From: Nitrosopumilaceae archaeon | GTDB taxonomy: Archaea > Thermoproteota > Nitrososphaeria > Nitrososphaerales > Nitrosopumilaceae | NCBI GenBank assembly: GCA_040877295.1 | Contig: JBBDOC010000035.1 | Span: 4,371-28,370, forward strand | Length of the DNA: 24,000 nucleotides | Direction: 5' to 3' | In this document: piece after piece, positions 15,116 through 23,098 of the stretch | Position numbering within the stretch: the first letter of the stretch is position 1 | How the letters are laid out: each line of letters begins with the position of its first letter | Program-made: the position numbers and the translations under genes | The notes under the pieces: generated by a model | What the model saw: only the letters and a program-made list of their open reading frames with translations | Databases searched by the model: none | What the model was told of the DNA's origin: nothing

Positions 15116-16224
15116 TAATCCTCAAGCAGGTATTTGTCTAGCTTGTCTCTTGCTTTTTTACGCTTTTCTTGGTGAGATTTTAGAAACTGGTTCATCTTTT
15201 CAATAAGAATTGCCTTTAGCTCACCTGATAGCATCTTGCCTGACCTGTAGTCATCATAGATTTTTTTCAGCTTGGAATCATCTGGCTCAAAGAAAATTCT
15301 AAGATACTGGTATGATACATCAATGTCTGGATTTCCACCTTTTTTTCTGTGCTCTTCAATGTCTGGCTGGCCGCCAGAAAACGCATACTTGTTTACCTTC
15401 TTTTTGACAACCTCTGGCGAGTCTGTTGTGTAAATCGTAGTTATTTCTTCTGATGCAGACATTTTTCCTCCAGGCCCTTGAAGCGATGGTATCATGATGT
15501 TGTGAATTAGGGCAGGCTTTATCTTTCCAATTTTTGGTGCAACATCTCTTGTTATTCTAAAGTGTGGGTCTTGGTCGACACCTAGTGGTATCAGAACTGG
15601 CTTGTCTTCAAGAAAGCACGGTGCTGACTGGAGTGCAGTATAAAAAATCATACCGGCATTTGTATCATTTGTAAAACCAAAGACTGCCTTTGTGTTTGAA
15701 AAGTTGATTTTTTTTGCAACCTGTGCTGCAATTGGATAAAGTGTTTTGATGTTTTTTGTATCAATTATTATTTTTGTGTTCTCTGGCTTGAATCCAAGTG
15801 CAATAAAATCAAGTGCATTTTCATTTGCAAAGAGCCTTGTTTCCTCAAGCGTCATGTTTTGTTTTGCATAAAATTTCTCATCATCTGTTAGCTGAAAATA
15901 CATGTTAACTCCAAACTTTTCCTGAAGCCACTTTGCAAAGACCCAGGGCACCAGATGCCCAATATGCGTATGTCCTGATGGGCCGCGCCCAGTATATAGG
16001 AAAAACTTTTTCCCTTTTTCATAATCATCTAGAACTCTGCCAAGGTCACGGTGCGAGAAAAAAATTCCCCTTCGTAGCATAAAGTGTGATTCGCCAGTTA
16101 TCTTTTCGATTCGCTGTAAAAGCTGTTTTGAAATTTTCTCAGTCCCAAACTGTTTTATCAGCTTGTCATAATCTATTTCGCCTTCTACATGCCATGGTGT
16201 TACAATAAAGTCATCAGTTGGCAT
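15115..16224 (-). CDS. trpS: Tryptophanyl-tRNA synthetase (archaeal/eukaryotic type)
   Basis: 369 aa with TGRGPSGHTHIGHLVPW (HIGH motif), KMSAS (KMSKS motif) and RRGIFFSHRD, which is typical of archaeal TrpRS. Confidence 0.88.
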   Translation of the reverse strand: MPTDDFIVTPWHVEGEIDYDKLIKQFGTEKISKQLLQRIEKITGESHFMLRRGIFFSHRDLGRVLDDYEKGKKFFLYTGRGPSGHTHIGHLVPWVFAKWLQEKFGVNMYFQLTDDEKFYAKQNMTLEETRLFANENALDFIALGFKPENTKIIIDTKNIKTLYPIAAQVAKKINFSNTKAVFGFTNDTNAGMIFYTALQSAPCFLEDKPVLIPLGVDQDPHFRITRDVAPKIGKIKPALIHNIMIPSLQGPGGKMSASEEITTIYTTDSPEVVKKKVNKYAFSGGQPDIEEHRKKGGNPDIDVSYQYLRIFFEPDDSKLKKIYDDYRSGKMLSGELKAILIEKMNQFLKSHQEKRKKARDKLDKYLLED

Positions 16225-16246
16225 TCATTTTGACTTAGATTAAGGT

Positions 16247-16255
16247 TTAAAAAGT
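16247..16255. promoter_or_regulatory. Shared central TATA-like element of the 51-nt trpS/pheS divergent intergenic region
   Basis: TTTAAAAAG is centred about 26 nt from the trpS ATG (16224, minus) and about 26 nt from the pheS TTG (16276, plus). It sits inside the near-palindrome AAAAAGTCTTTTT. Confidence 0.35.
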
Positions 16256-16275
16256 CTTTTTAGGACTTTGTAATA

Positions 16276-17706
16276 TTGTCACAAGTTCTTCATCCTATTG
16301 AAAAAAAAATCATTAACGCCTTAAAGGAAACAGAAAAACTCGGAATCGAAGAACTAGAACAAAAAACGGATCTTTCATCTGATCAGGTGCGACGTGGAAT
16401 TGAATGGTTAAAGCTAAAAGGACTAGCTGATGTTATCGAATCACAAGAAACTACACACAATCTTAGCTCTGCTGGATCTGAAGTGCTAAAAAGTGGTTTG
16501 CCTGAAAGAAAACTAGTCAACCTGTTAAAGGAGGGACCAAAATCATTTGATGAAACAAAACAGTCGCTATCAGAATCAGACTTTCATGCAGCTATAGCCA
16601 ACGCAAAAAGAAACGAGTGGATCCAAATTGAAAAAGACGACTCTACTACAAAAATTTCACTCAAAGTGCAAGACCCTCAACCATCTGCAGAGGAAAAAGT
16701 TCTCCAAGAAATAAACCAGGGAAACTTTGATCAAAATGCATTATATCATGATAAAAATCAGCACGAAAAACTTGTCGGATATTTTCGCCTAAAAAAACTT
16801 GGACTTGTTGAAGAGATTGTTAAAAAATCAAAAACAATTTCACTAACTGAAAAGGCAAAAGACATAGATACAAGCGAAAAGGGCCTTTCAGAAATTGACG
16901 TTGTTGCATCTGTTCCTGCTACATTTGTTGCAAGGGCTCATCCTCTAAAAGAAGTGATAAACGAGACTCGTGAAATTTTTACTAGCCTTGGATTTACAGA
17001 GGTGCTTGGCAACTTTACACAGCCAAGCTTTTGGAACTTTGATGCACTCTTCACCCCACAGGATCATCCAGCAAGGGAAATGCAGGATACATTTTACATC
17101 AAAGACTCTGTTGCTGACAAAGTTGCAACTCCTGCGCAGATAAGGCAGGTAGCAAAATCGCACAAGCTTGGGTGGCATTACAACTGGAGTATAGAGGCGG
17201 CAAAGAAGATGGTCTTGCGAACCCATACAACATGTGTTACAATAAAGTACCTTGCAGACCAAAAACCAGATGAGGCAAGAATATTTTCACTAGGTCGAGT
17301 CTTTCGAAACGAAAAAGTAAGCTACAAGCATCTAGCTGAATTCAACCAGGTTGAAGGAATTGTTGTTGGAAAAGACGTAACACTTAGAGACCTGATGGGA
17401 CTTCAGCAAGAGTTTTACCGCAAGATGGGTCTGCCAAAGGTAAAGTTTTGGCCAACATTTTTCCCATACACCGAGCCATCACTGCAAAGCATGGTTTACA
17501 ACGAAAGACTAGGAAAATGGGTTGAGCTGTTTGGCATGGGAATTTTCAGACCCGAAGTTACAAAGCCACTTGGCATCACAAAACCGGTTCTTGCATGGGG
17601 TGGGGGAATAGAACGCATTGCGATGCTAAAGTATGGATTAGATGATGTAAGAGAATTTTACAACAATAACCTTGGTTGGCTGAGGACTGCAATACAATGC
17701 CAGTAG
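16276..17706 (+). CDS. pheS: Phenylalanyl-tRNA synthetase alpha subunit
   Basis: 476 aa with N-terminal wHTH repeats and a class II core (HPAREMQDTFY, LRTHTT, FRNE...EFNQVEG, GGGIERIAMLKYG). The start is TTG. Confidence 0.9.
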   Translation: MSQVLHPIEKKIINALKETEKLGIEELEQKTDLSSDQVRRGIEWLKLKGLADVIESQETTHNLSSAGSEVLKSGLPERKLVNLLKEGPKSFDETKQSLSESDFHAAIANAKRNEWIQIEKDDSTTKISLKVQDPQPSAEEKVLQEINQGNFDQNALYHDKNQHEKLVGYFRLKKLGLVEEIVKKSKTISLTEKAKDIDTSEKGLSEIDVVASVPATFVARAHPLKEVINETREIFTSLGFTEVLGNFTQPSFWNFDALFTPQDHPAREMQDTFYIKDSVADKVATPAQIRQVAKSHKLGWHYNWSIEAAKKMVLRTHTTCVTIKYLADQKPDEARIFSLGRVFRNEKVSYKHLAEFNQVEGIVVGKDVTLRDLMGLQQEFYRKMGLPKVKFWPTFFPYTEPSLQSMVYNERLGKWVELFGMGIFRPEVTKPLGITKPVLAWGGGIERIAMLKYGLDDVREFYNNNLGWLRTAIQCQ

Positions 17707-19331
17707 TAACGCTATACCTTGATAGACTGCAAAGACTGGTTGGCAAAGCAAGCAAGGAAAAAATAATTTTCACACTTCCGTTTCTTGGCCTTGACATCGA
17801 AGAGCAGACAGACCAGTACATCCGCGTAGAATACAGTCCAAACAGGCCAGACTATGCAACGGACTTTGGAATCGCAGCAGGTCTTCAGGGTCTCTTGGGA
17901 ATAAAAAAAGGACTAGTAAAACTTGATGTAAAAAGAGGCACATACCAACTAAAAGTAGACCAGTCTGTAAGAAAAATACGTCCATATGTTACAGCAATTG
18001 TTGCAAAAAACGGAAAACTAGACGATGAGACAATAAGGCAGCTAATCACACTTCAAGAGGATCTTCACTTTGGAATTGGCAGAAACAGGAAAAAATCTTC
18101 AATTGGCATTCATGATTTAGATAAAATCGAGTTTCCACTACGTTACACAACTGCCACAAAAGAGCACAGGTTTGTTCCGCTAGGCTCAGAAACTGAAATC
18201 ACCATATCCGACATACTGCAAAATACCGAAGCTGGCATACAATACGGAAAGCTGCTTGAAAACGCAGAAACAGTGCCAATTATTTTGGATGCAAAAGGAA
18301 ACACAATCTCATTTCCACCAATAATCAACTCTGCACTGACAACAGTTTCATCATCGACAAAAAACCTTCTAGTTGAAGTCACAGCAACTGACAAAAACAC
18401 TGCCGAAGATACATTATCAGTTGTAGCTGCAACTTTGCAAAATGCGGAATTTATACTAACTTCAGTACAAATTTCAGGGGCAGGCAACACAACACCGTCA
18501 CTTAAAACAAAAAAAATGAGTCTTGGCGTAGAACTTACTAACAAGATTCTTGGCCTTAAGCTGTCATCATCTATCATCTCAGCTGCATTAAAAAAATGTA
18601 GGCTGGATGCGCTGCCAAAAAGAAAGAATATTTCTTGTACAATCCCAAGATTTCGATTTGATATACTTGGGCCAATGGATTTGATAGAAGAAGTTGCACT
18701 AGGTTATGGAATTGAAAATCTAAAACCTACTCTCCCACAATCATCTGCAGTTGGGCAAAAAAACATTGTAACAAAACAGCTTGACTTGCTAAGCAAAACC
18801 ATGGTAGGCCTTGGATTTACTGAAGCACTAAACTCTAGCCTTGTTAGTAAAAACATTCAGTATGGTATGACAAATCGAGACTCGTTTGGCCATATCCAAG
18901 TTGTCGAATCAAAAAGCCAGGAACATACAATTCTTCGTGATATGTTGCTTCCAAGCATGCTTGACACTCTATCAAGAAATGTACATGAACAATATCCGCA
19001 AAAATTATTTGAAATTGGAACAGTATTTTCTGCAGATGATCCAATAAAAGAAGAGATCTCTTTGTGTTGTATCAGTGCACACAAGGACGCAAATTATTCA
19101 GAGATAAAATCAATTCTTCAATCAGCACTAAAAACCGGATTTAACGTAGAGTGTGAAACAAAGACATCAACTCATTTCTGTTTTGCAAAAGGAAAAACTG
19201 CAGATGTAATTGCAAACAACTCAAAAGTTGGTGCAATTGGTGAGATTGACTCTGCAATAGTTGAGAACTTTAAGATACGTATGCCTGTTGTGGCATTTGA
19301 GATAACACTGTCTGGGTTAATATTCAACTAA
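17697..19331 (+). CDS. pheT: Phenylalanyl-tRNA synthetase beta subunit
   Basis: I place the start at ATG 17697 (MPVVTLYLDRLQRLVG...), overlapping the pheS stop by 10 nt. The track start 17676 is an upstream extension. B3/4 and B5 domain-like segments match archaeal PheT in length and layout. Confidence 0.88.
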   Translation: MPVVTLYLDRLQRLVGKASKEKIIFTLPFLGLDIEEQTDQYIRVEYSPNRPDYATDFGIAAGLQGLLGIKKGLVKLDVKRGTYQLKVDQSVRKIRPYVTAIVAKNGKLDDETIRQLITLQEDLHFGIGRNRKKSSIGIHDLDKIEFPLRYTTATKEHRFVPLGSETEITISDILQNTEAGIQYGKLLENAETVPIILDAKGNTISFPPIINSALTTVSSSTKNLLVEVTATDKNTAEDTLSVVAATLQNAEFILTSVQISGAGNTTPSLKTKKMSLGVELTNKILGLKLSSSIISAALKKCRLDALPKRKNISCTIPRFRFDILGPMDLIEEVALGYGIENLKPTLPQSSAVGQKNIVTKQLDLLSKTMVGLGFTEALNSSLVSKNIQYGMTNRDSFGHIQVVESKSQEHTILRDMLLPSMLDTLSRNVHEQYPQKLFEIGTVFSADDPIKEEISLCCISAHKDANYSEIKSILQSALKTGFNVECETKTSTHFCFAKGKTADVIANNSKVGAIGEIDSAIVENFKIRMPVVAFEITLSGLIFN

Positions 19332-19334
19332 ATA

Positions 19335-19525
19335 CTAGATGTAGTGCCCAAAGTAGAGCATGCACGCAGACGGATTAGAATGACGATGATCGTATCGATT
19401 GCGATGATTTCTAATTCACCCAGGTGTGCAACATGGGCAACCCCGGTCTCAGAGCCAAACGAGGCCAGTGGCTAAAACCTATGACTTTGTGTGAGTCAGA
19501 ACCGGGGGACATTTTATTTTTTAAT
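19335..19525 (+). ncRNA. Candidate structured RNA of unknown class (GC-rich island in a convergent intergenic gap)
   Basis: My hand count gives 87 G+C in the 170 nt from 19341 to 19510 (about 51%), and the flanks are clearly AT-rich. Nested helices: GGATTAGAA (19372-19380) with TTCTAATTC (19409-19417); AGCCA (19453-19457) with TGGCT (19469-19473); CCCCGGT (19441-19447) with ACCGGGG (19501-19507). The last helix is followed by the T-run ATTTTATTTTTT. The strand assignment rests on that T-run only. Confidence 0.35.
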
Positions 19526-19603
19526 AAAATAATTTAGCTGTACTCATATAAACAAAAATAAGATTAGTTAATGCTTAGGGTACCACGTAAAGGAATTCTA
19601 AAA

Positions 19604-19732
19604 TTAGTTTAATCCAGTCCAACAACAACATTCATCCCATGTACAGTTTGGACATTCTTTTGGAGAATTGCTTTTCTTACATTCTTCAGGCAAACAATGA
19701 CAGTCAGCACATCTTATCTGCATATTTTTCAT
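19604..19732 (-). CDS. 42-aa cysteine-rich mini-protein (9 Cys; not in the ORF track)
   Basis: My own translation gives MKNMQIRCADCHCLPEECKKSNSPKECPNCTWDECCCWTGLN then a stop, bounded by an in-frame stop 2 codons upstream. It starts 29 nt after the stop of the 406-aa gene on the same strand. The second ATG (19723) sits about 25 nt from a TATA-like TTTTTATTTTT. Confidence 0.45.
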   Translation of the reverse strand: MKNMQIRCADCHCLPEECKKSNSPKECPNCTWDECCCWTGLN

Positions 19733-19761
19733 CCTTTATCAAAAATAAAAATGAGAATCCA

Positions 19762-20982
19762 TTACTGGAATGGATCTATAAATGGACAGTTGACTATGTG
19801 ATCAGCTCCAACCATTGGTCCTGCAATCCCTACATCAATTAGGCCTGCTTTCTGGATTGCATCAATATCTGCTCTTGTTTCCAAAAGCTTTGCACTTGCC
19901 GGGTCTTTCCAGCCAATCAGAAAGATTCTCCACATTGGGCTGTAGTTTTGATCACCTGGTGCAGATGCTGCAATTCCAGCTTGGAATCCCATAGGACCTG
20001 ATCCTGTGATTCCGTTTGTGAACTGAAACAGATCAACTGCCGCAGAGTTTGCAATTAGTTTTGCAGAAGTTGGTGCTGAGGCGACTCCCATCATGTTTGC
20101 TGGCATCTCAGGTGTAGCGTCTGTTACAATGTAGTAGATTGTTCTGCCGTCTGGACCCCAACCACGGTGTGCAATAAAGGTCACAGTCATTTTCTCAAGA
20201 TCAATGTCCAGTACCTGGCCTCCACCATATGGTGTTGCATCAGTTAGTGTCTTGTCTTCTTTTACCATCATCTGGCCACCTGGCCAGACAATTTGTGGCA
20301 TGTTGATTACAACTTTGAGATCTTGCAATGAGACTTCACCTGCTGCTTGTGCATCAAGGACTGCTTGCTCAGAGTCAAGTACTCTTGGTGTTGCACCTTC
20401 ATTCCATGTCACATGAACGTGTGATGTTAGTGCGCTATAGATTTCTGGCTGAGCTGGTGTACTTGTGAAAACCTCACCTTGAAATCCATGAACACCGTTT
20501 CCATTTACGCCATTAGTGAACATGTATGTTTTTGACAGTGCTTCCTTTGGTGCATTTGCAAGTGGTGGTGCAAGCTCTACTTTCCATCCCTGATTCTTTG
20601 TTATTGTGTCTGCATGTGTCTTGTCACTTGAATCTGTGATGATAAAATACACTGCCTCACCGTTGTAGAATCCATTGTGTAATGGGATTGTTGCAGGAAC
20701 ATTTGCTCTTGATAATCTCAGTACAGAACCAAGATCACTTTCCTCAAATGTTTTAGTTTCTTCCTTTTGGGATATTTCCGATGTAGTTGTTTTTCCAGCC
20801 ATCTCTTGTCGCATTTTTTCACGTTCTTTTTCAGCATCAGGACCGTTTTGCGAAGTACAAATTTTATCTCCACAAATTCTTTGTCCATCAGCTGAAGGGT
20901 TTTCGAAAGCTATGGTGGTTAATGAAGCTGTAAATAGCGGTAGAATTGCTAACAATCCTACGTATTTTAGTGTCTTATTCAT
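19762..20982 (-). CDS. Secreted protein with two tandem copies of an uncharacterised domain of about 110 aa
   Basis: 406 aa with a signal peptide (MNKTLKYVGLLAILPLFTASL). The internal duplication pairs YFIITDSSD...MFTNGVNGNGVHGFQGEVF...HVHVTW...VINMPQI with YYIVTDATP...QFTNGITGSGPMGFQAGIA...YSPMWRIFLIGW...IVNCPFI. The TATA-like GTTTTTAATTG is centred about 26 nt upstream. Confidence 0.7.
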   Translation of the reverse strand: MNKTLKYVGLLAILPLFTASLTTIAFENPSADGQRICGDKICTSQNGPDAEKEREKMRQEMAGKTTTSEISQKEETKTFEESDLGSVLRLSRANVPATIPLHNGFYNGEAVYFIITDSSDKTHADTITKNQGWKVELAPPLANAPKEALSKTYMFTNGVNGNGVHGFQGEVFTSTPAQPEIYSALTSHVHVTWNEGATPRVLDSEQAVLDAQAAGEVSLQDLKVVINMPQIVWPGGQMMVKEDKTLTDATPYGGGQVLDIDLEKMTVTFIAHRGWGPDGRTIYYIVTDATPEMPANMMGVASAPTSAKLIANSAAVDLFQFTNGITGSGPMGFQAGIAASAPGDQNYSPMWRIFLIGWKDPASAKLLETRADIDAIQKAGLIDVGIAGPMVGADHIVNCPFIDPFQ

Positions 20983-21091
20983 TGCATGCTCGTTTTTCTA
21001 ATCAATTAAAAACATTCTTCCAGATTAGATCCAAAAGTGCAGTAGCATTTGGAACAATTTTTTAATACTTTCTTTGCCGTGTTTTGGCAAA

Positions 21092-22219
21092 ATGCATTAT
21101 CAATATCCAATTTTAGGAGGCATAGGAGTAGTTGCTGTTTTAGTAATAATGTATACAGCTAATGTGATGACTGTACCACACCAAACTGGAATTGATTCTA
21201 GTGAAAACACAAGTGTTGAATCATCTATGACATCTCAGGAACAAAGTTTATCACAAATTCAGATCACAGACGGAATCAAACACATCATTCCACTTGATAA
21301 GATCAAAAGTGGCGGGCCGCCAAAAGATGGAATCCCATCAATTGACAAACCAAACTTTGTAACTGCATCTGATGCAAATTTTATGTCTGATAATGATATT
21401 GTTGTAGGTCTGCAAATAAATGGTGAAACAAAAGCTTATCCACTTTTCATTCTTGTTTGGCATGAAATCGTAAATGATATAGTGGGTGATGTGCCTGTTG
21501 CAGTCACATATTGTCCACTATGTTTTACAAATCAGGTTTTTGAAAGAACGATTAACGGACAAGTTACTGAATTTGGAACCTCAGGCAAACTATACAACAG
21601 CAATTTGGTGATGTATGACAGAAACACCGATTCGCAGTGGAGCCAAGCAATAGGAATTGCTATAACTGGAGAACTGACAGGTCAAAAACTAAAAAGAGTT
21701 CCATTTGATGTTGCCAAGTGGTCTGACTGGAAGACACTGTATCCAGAAACACTTGTTTTGACAACAAAGACAGGTCACATAAGGGCATATGGCTCTGATC
21801 CTTATGGTGATTACTATACAGATCCGCAAATTATTTTTCCAGTTGAAAACAAAGATGACAGGCTTCATCCAAAGGAGATAATCTTGGGATTTGATAACGG
21901 CAATATCTACAAGGCATACAAACTTGCCGATGTAGAAGAAAAAAAAGTCATAAACGACAAGATTGGCGACAAAAACTTACTTTTGGTTTCATTATACCCA
22001 GAAATGACAAGAGCGTTTAACCGCGTAGTTGACGATACGATTTTGGAATTTCAGTACATTGATGGTAAGATAATTGACACGCAAACAAACAGTCAGTGGA
22101 GTCTTGAAGGAGAAGCAATCGAAGGTCAACTAATTGGTAAAAAACTTGAAAGAGAGGTCTTCAACCCAGGATTTTGGTTTGAATGGATTGCATTTCATCC
22201 AGACTCACTTGTTTATTGA
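21092..22219 (+). CDS. DUF3179-family protein, N-terminally membrane-anchored
   Basis: GGPPKDGIPSIDKPNFV...AYPLFILVWHEIVNDIVGDVPVAVTYCPLCFT matches the DUF3179 signature as I remember it. I place the start at ATG 21092 (MHYQYPILGG...) rather than the track TTG 21074. The TATA-like TTTTTTAATA is centred about 28 nt upstream. Confidence 0.7.
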   Translation: MHYQYPILGGIGVVAVLVIMYTANVMTVPHQTGIDSSENTSVESSMTSQEQSLSQIQITDGIKHIIPLDKIKSGGPPKDGIPSIDKPNFVTASDANFMSDNDIVVGLQINGETKAYPLFILVWHEIVNDIVGDVPVAVTYCPLCFTNQVFERTINGQVTEFGTSGKLYNSNLVMYDRNTDSQWSQAIGIAITGELTGQKLKRVPFDVAKWSDWKTLYPETLVLTTKTGHIRAYGSDPYGDYYTDPQIIFPVENKDDRLHPKEIILGFDNGNIYKAYKLADVEEKKVINDKIGDKNLLLVSLYPEMTRAFNRVVDDTILEFQYIDGKIIDTQTNSQWSLEGEAIEGQLIGKKLEREVFNPGFWFEWIAFHPDSLVY

Positions 22220-22227
22220 GATTTGAA

Positions 22228-22707
22228 ATGAAACCTCTGCTAAAGGGAATTTTGGTAGGAGTAATAACAGTAATTGTGTACCTTGGTGTGGTTGTAGCTA
22301 CTACTCCTGCACTTGCTCCAATCGATGCAATTTCTGCTGCACTACAATTGAATTCTATAATCATTGTAGGTATGGGAACAGGAATTGGACTCCAGATGTA
22401 TCTTTCAAGCTATGCTAAAAGTTTGGGATGCAGATTAAAAATTAAAAGAAAAACATTTGGTGGAAATTCCGGCAGTACTGCATTTACATCATTTTTGTCA
22501 TTTTTCTCACTAGTTCCTCTTGGTTGCTGTGGCTGGTGGCTTTATGCACTTTCACTTCTTCCAAGTATTTTTGGTACTGGGATTTCTGCAGTTCTGATTG
22601 AGTATAGTCAGCCTTTATCATATTTGGGGTTAGTTGTTATCTTTGGATTTGCAGGATTGACTGCCTATAAGTTAAGACAGGAAAAGAGATTACTAAAAAT
22701 TCAATAA
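22228..22707 (+). CDS. Polytopic membrane protein with an intramembrane vicinal Cys pair
   Basis: 159 aa from ATG 22228 (MKPLLKGILVG...), 8 nt after the DUF3179 stop. It has about 5 TM helices, and LVPLGCCGWWLYAL places CC inside a helix. The track start 22183 overlaps the upstream gene. Confidence 0.6.
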   Translation: MKPLLKGILVGVITVIVYLGVVVATTPALAPIDAISAALQLNSIIIVGMGTGIGLQMYLSSYAKSLGCRLKIKRKTFGGNSGSTAFTSFLSFFSLVPLGCCGWWLYALSLLPSIFGTGISAVLIEYSQPLSYLGLVVIFGFAGLTAYKLRQEKRLLKIQ

Positions 22708-22756
22708 AAATTCAAATTTGGTTTCGTTTATGTGGTTTGTTATTAGCTGAAAAACA

Positions 22757-23098
22757 ATGATGACAAACTACTGGCTTGTAAAGCAAGAGCCTACAAGTTA
22801 CAGCTTTGATACTCTGGAAAAGGAAGGCACTGCTGTCTGGGATGGCGTTCATAACAACTTGGCACTAAAACACATCAATAGCATGAAAAAAGGAGATCAG
22901 GCGTTTTTTTACCATTCTGGTGATGAAAAACAAATAGTAGGAATCCTTGAGGTAATTTCAAACCCGTATCCAAATCCAAAGGAAAAAGACAAGAGGTTTG
23001 TAGTTGTCGATGTAAAACACAAAAAACGACTAAAAAGACCAGTCACCTTGGTTGAAATAAAAAAAGAAAAAAAATTCAAAGACTGGGAGCTGTTATGA
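22757..23098 (+). CDS. EVE (PUA-like, DUF55) domain protein, truncated by an in-frame TGA; the conserved C-terminal part continues in frame to 23176
   Basis: YWLVKQEPTSYSFDTLEKEGTAVWDGVHNNLALKHINSMKKGDQAFFYHSG is a classic EVE N-terminus. After TGA 23096-23098 the same frame reads ISRLSVMPVPKEIWNEILEKAQKDS and then TAA (23174-23176). This is the conserved EVE C-terminal SRLSV-PV segment. Confidence 0.75.
   Translation: MMTNYWLVKQEPTSYSFDTLEKEGTAVWDGVHNNLALKHINSMKKGDQAFFYHSGDEKQIVGILEVISNPYPNPKEKDKRFVVVDVKHKKRLKRPVTLVEIKKEKKFKDWELL

Noticed and set aside
19383-19408. Direct repeat CGATGAT (two copies) as a possible CRISPR or other repeat array
   Set aside because: There are only two 7-nt copies 18 nt apart, with no regular repeat-spacer periodicity anywhere in the window.
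19335-19525. Identifying the GC-rich island as SRP RNA, RNase P RNA, a tRNA or split tRNA, or a C/D-box sRNA
   Set aside because: I found no T-loop (GTTCRAAT) and no RNase P CR-I type GAGGAAAGUCC. The length, about 190 nt, is too short for archaeal SRP RNA, and only a vague CCAGG...GCAAC resemblance to helix 8 is present. Neither strand has an exact RUGAUGA/CUGA box pair. I left it as unknown class.
19639-19842. 67-aa plus-strand ORF from the track
   Set aside because: It overlaps the 3' end of the 406-aa minus-strand gene and is antisense to the Cys-rich ORF. Its product is low-information, and the minus-strand reading gives a strikingly patterned Cys-rich peptide with a bounded frame.
22183-22227. 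Upstream extension of the CC-motif membrane protein (track start 22183)
   Set aside because: The extension overlaps the DUF3179 coding end in another frame. ATG 22228 gives a typical N-terminus (MKPLLKG) followed by a TM helix, 8 nt after the upstream stop.
23096-23098. Selenocysteine decoding of the in-frame TGA in the EVE gene
   Set aside because: The aligned position in EVE domains is normally a basic residue, not Cys or Sec. I see no SECIS-like hairpin in the short 3' region, and I know of no evidence that this archaeal lineage uses selenocysteine.
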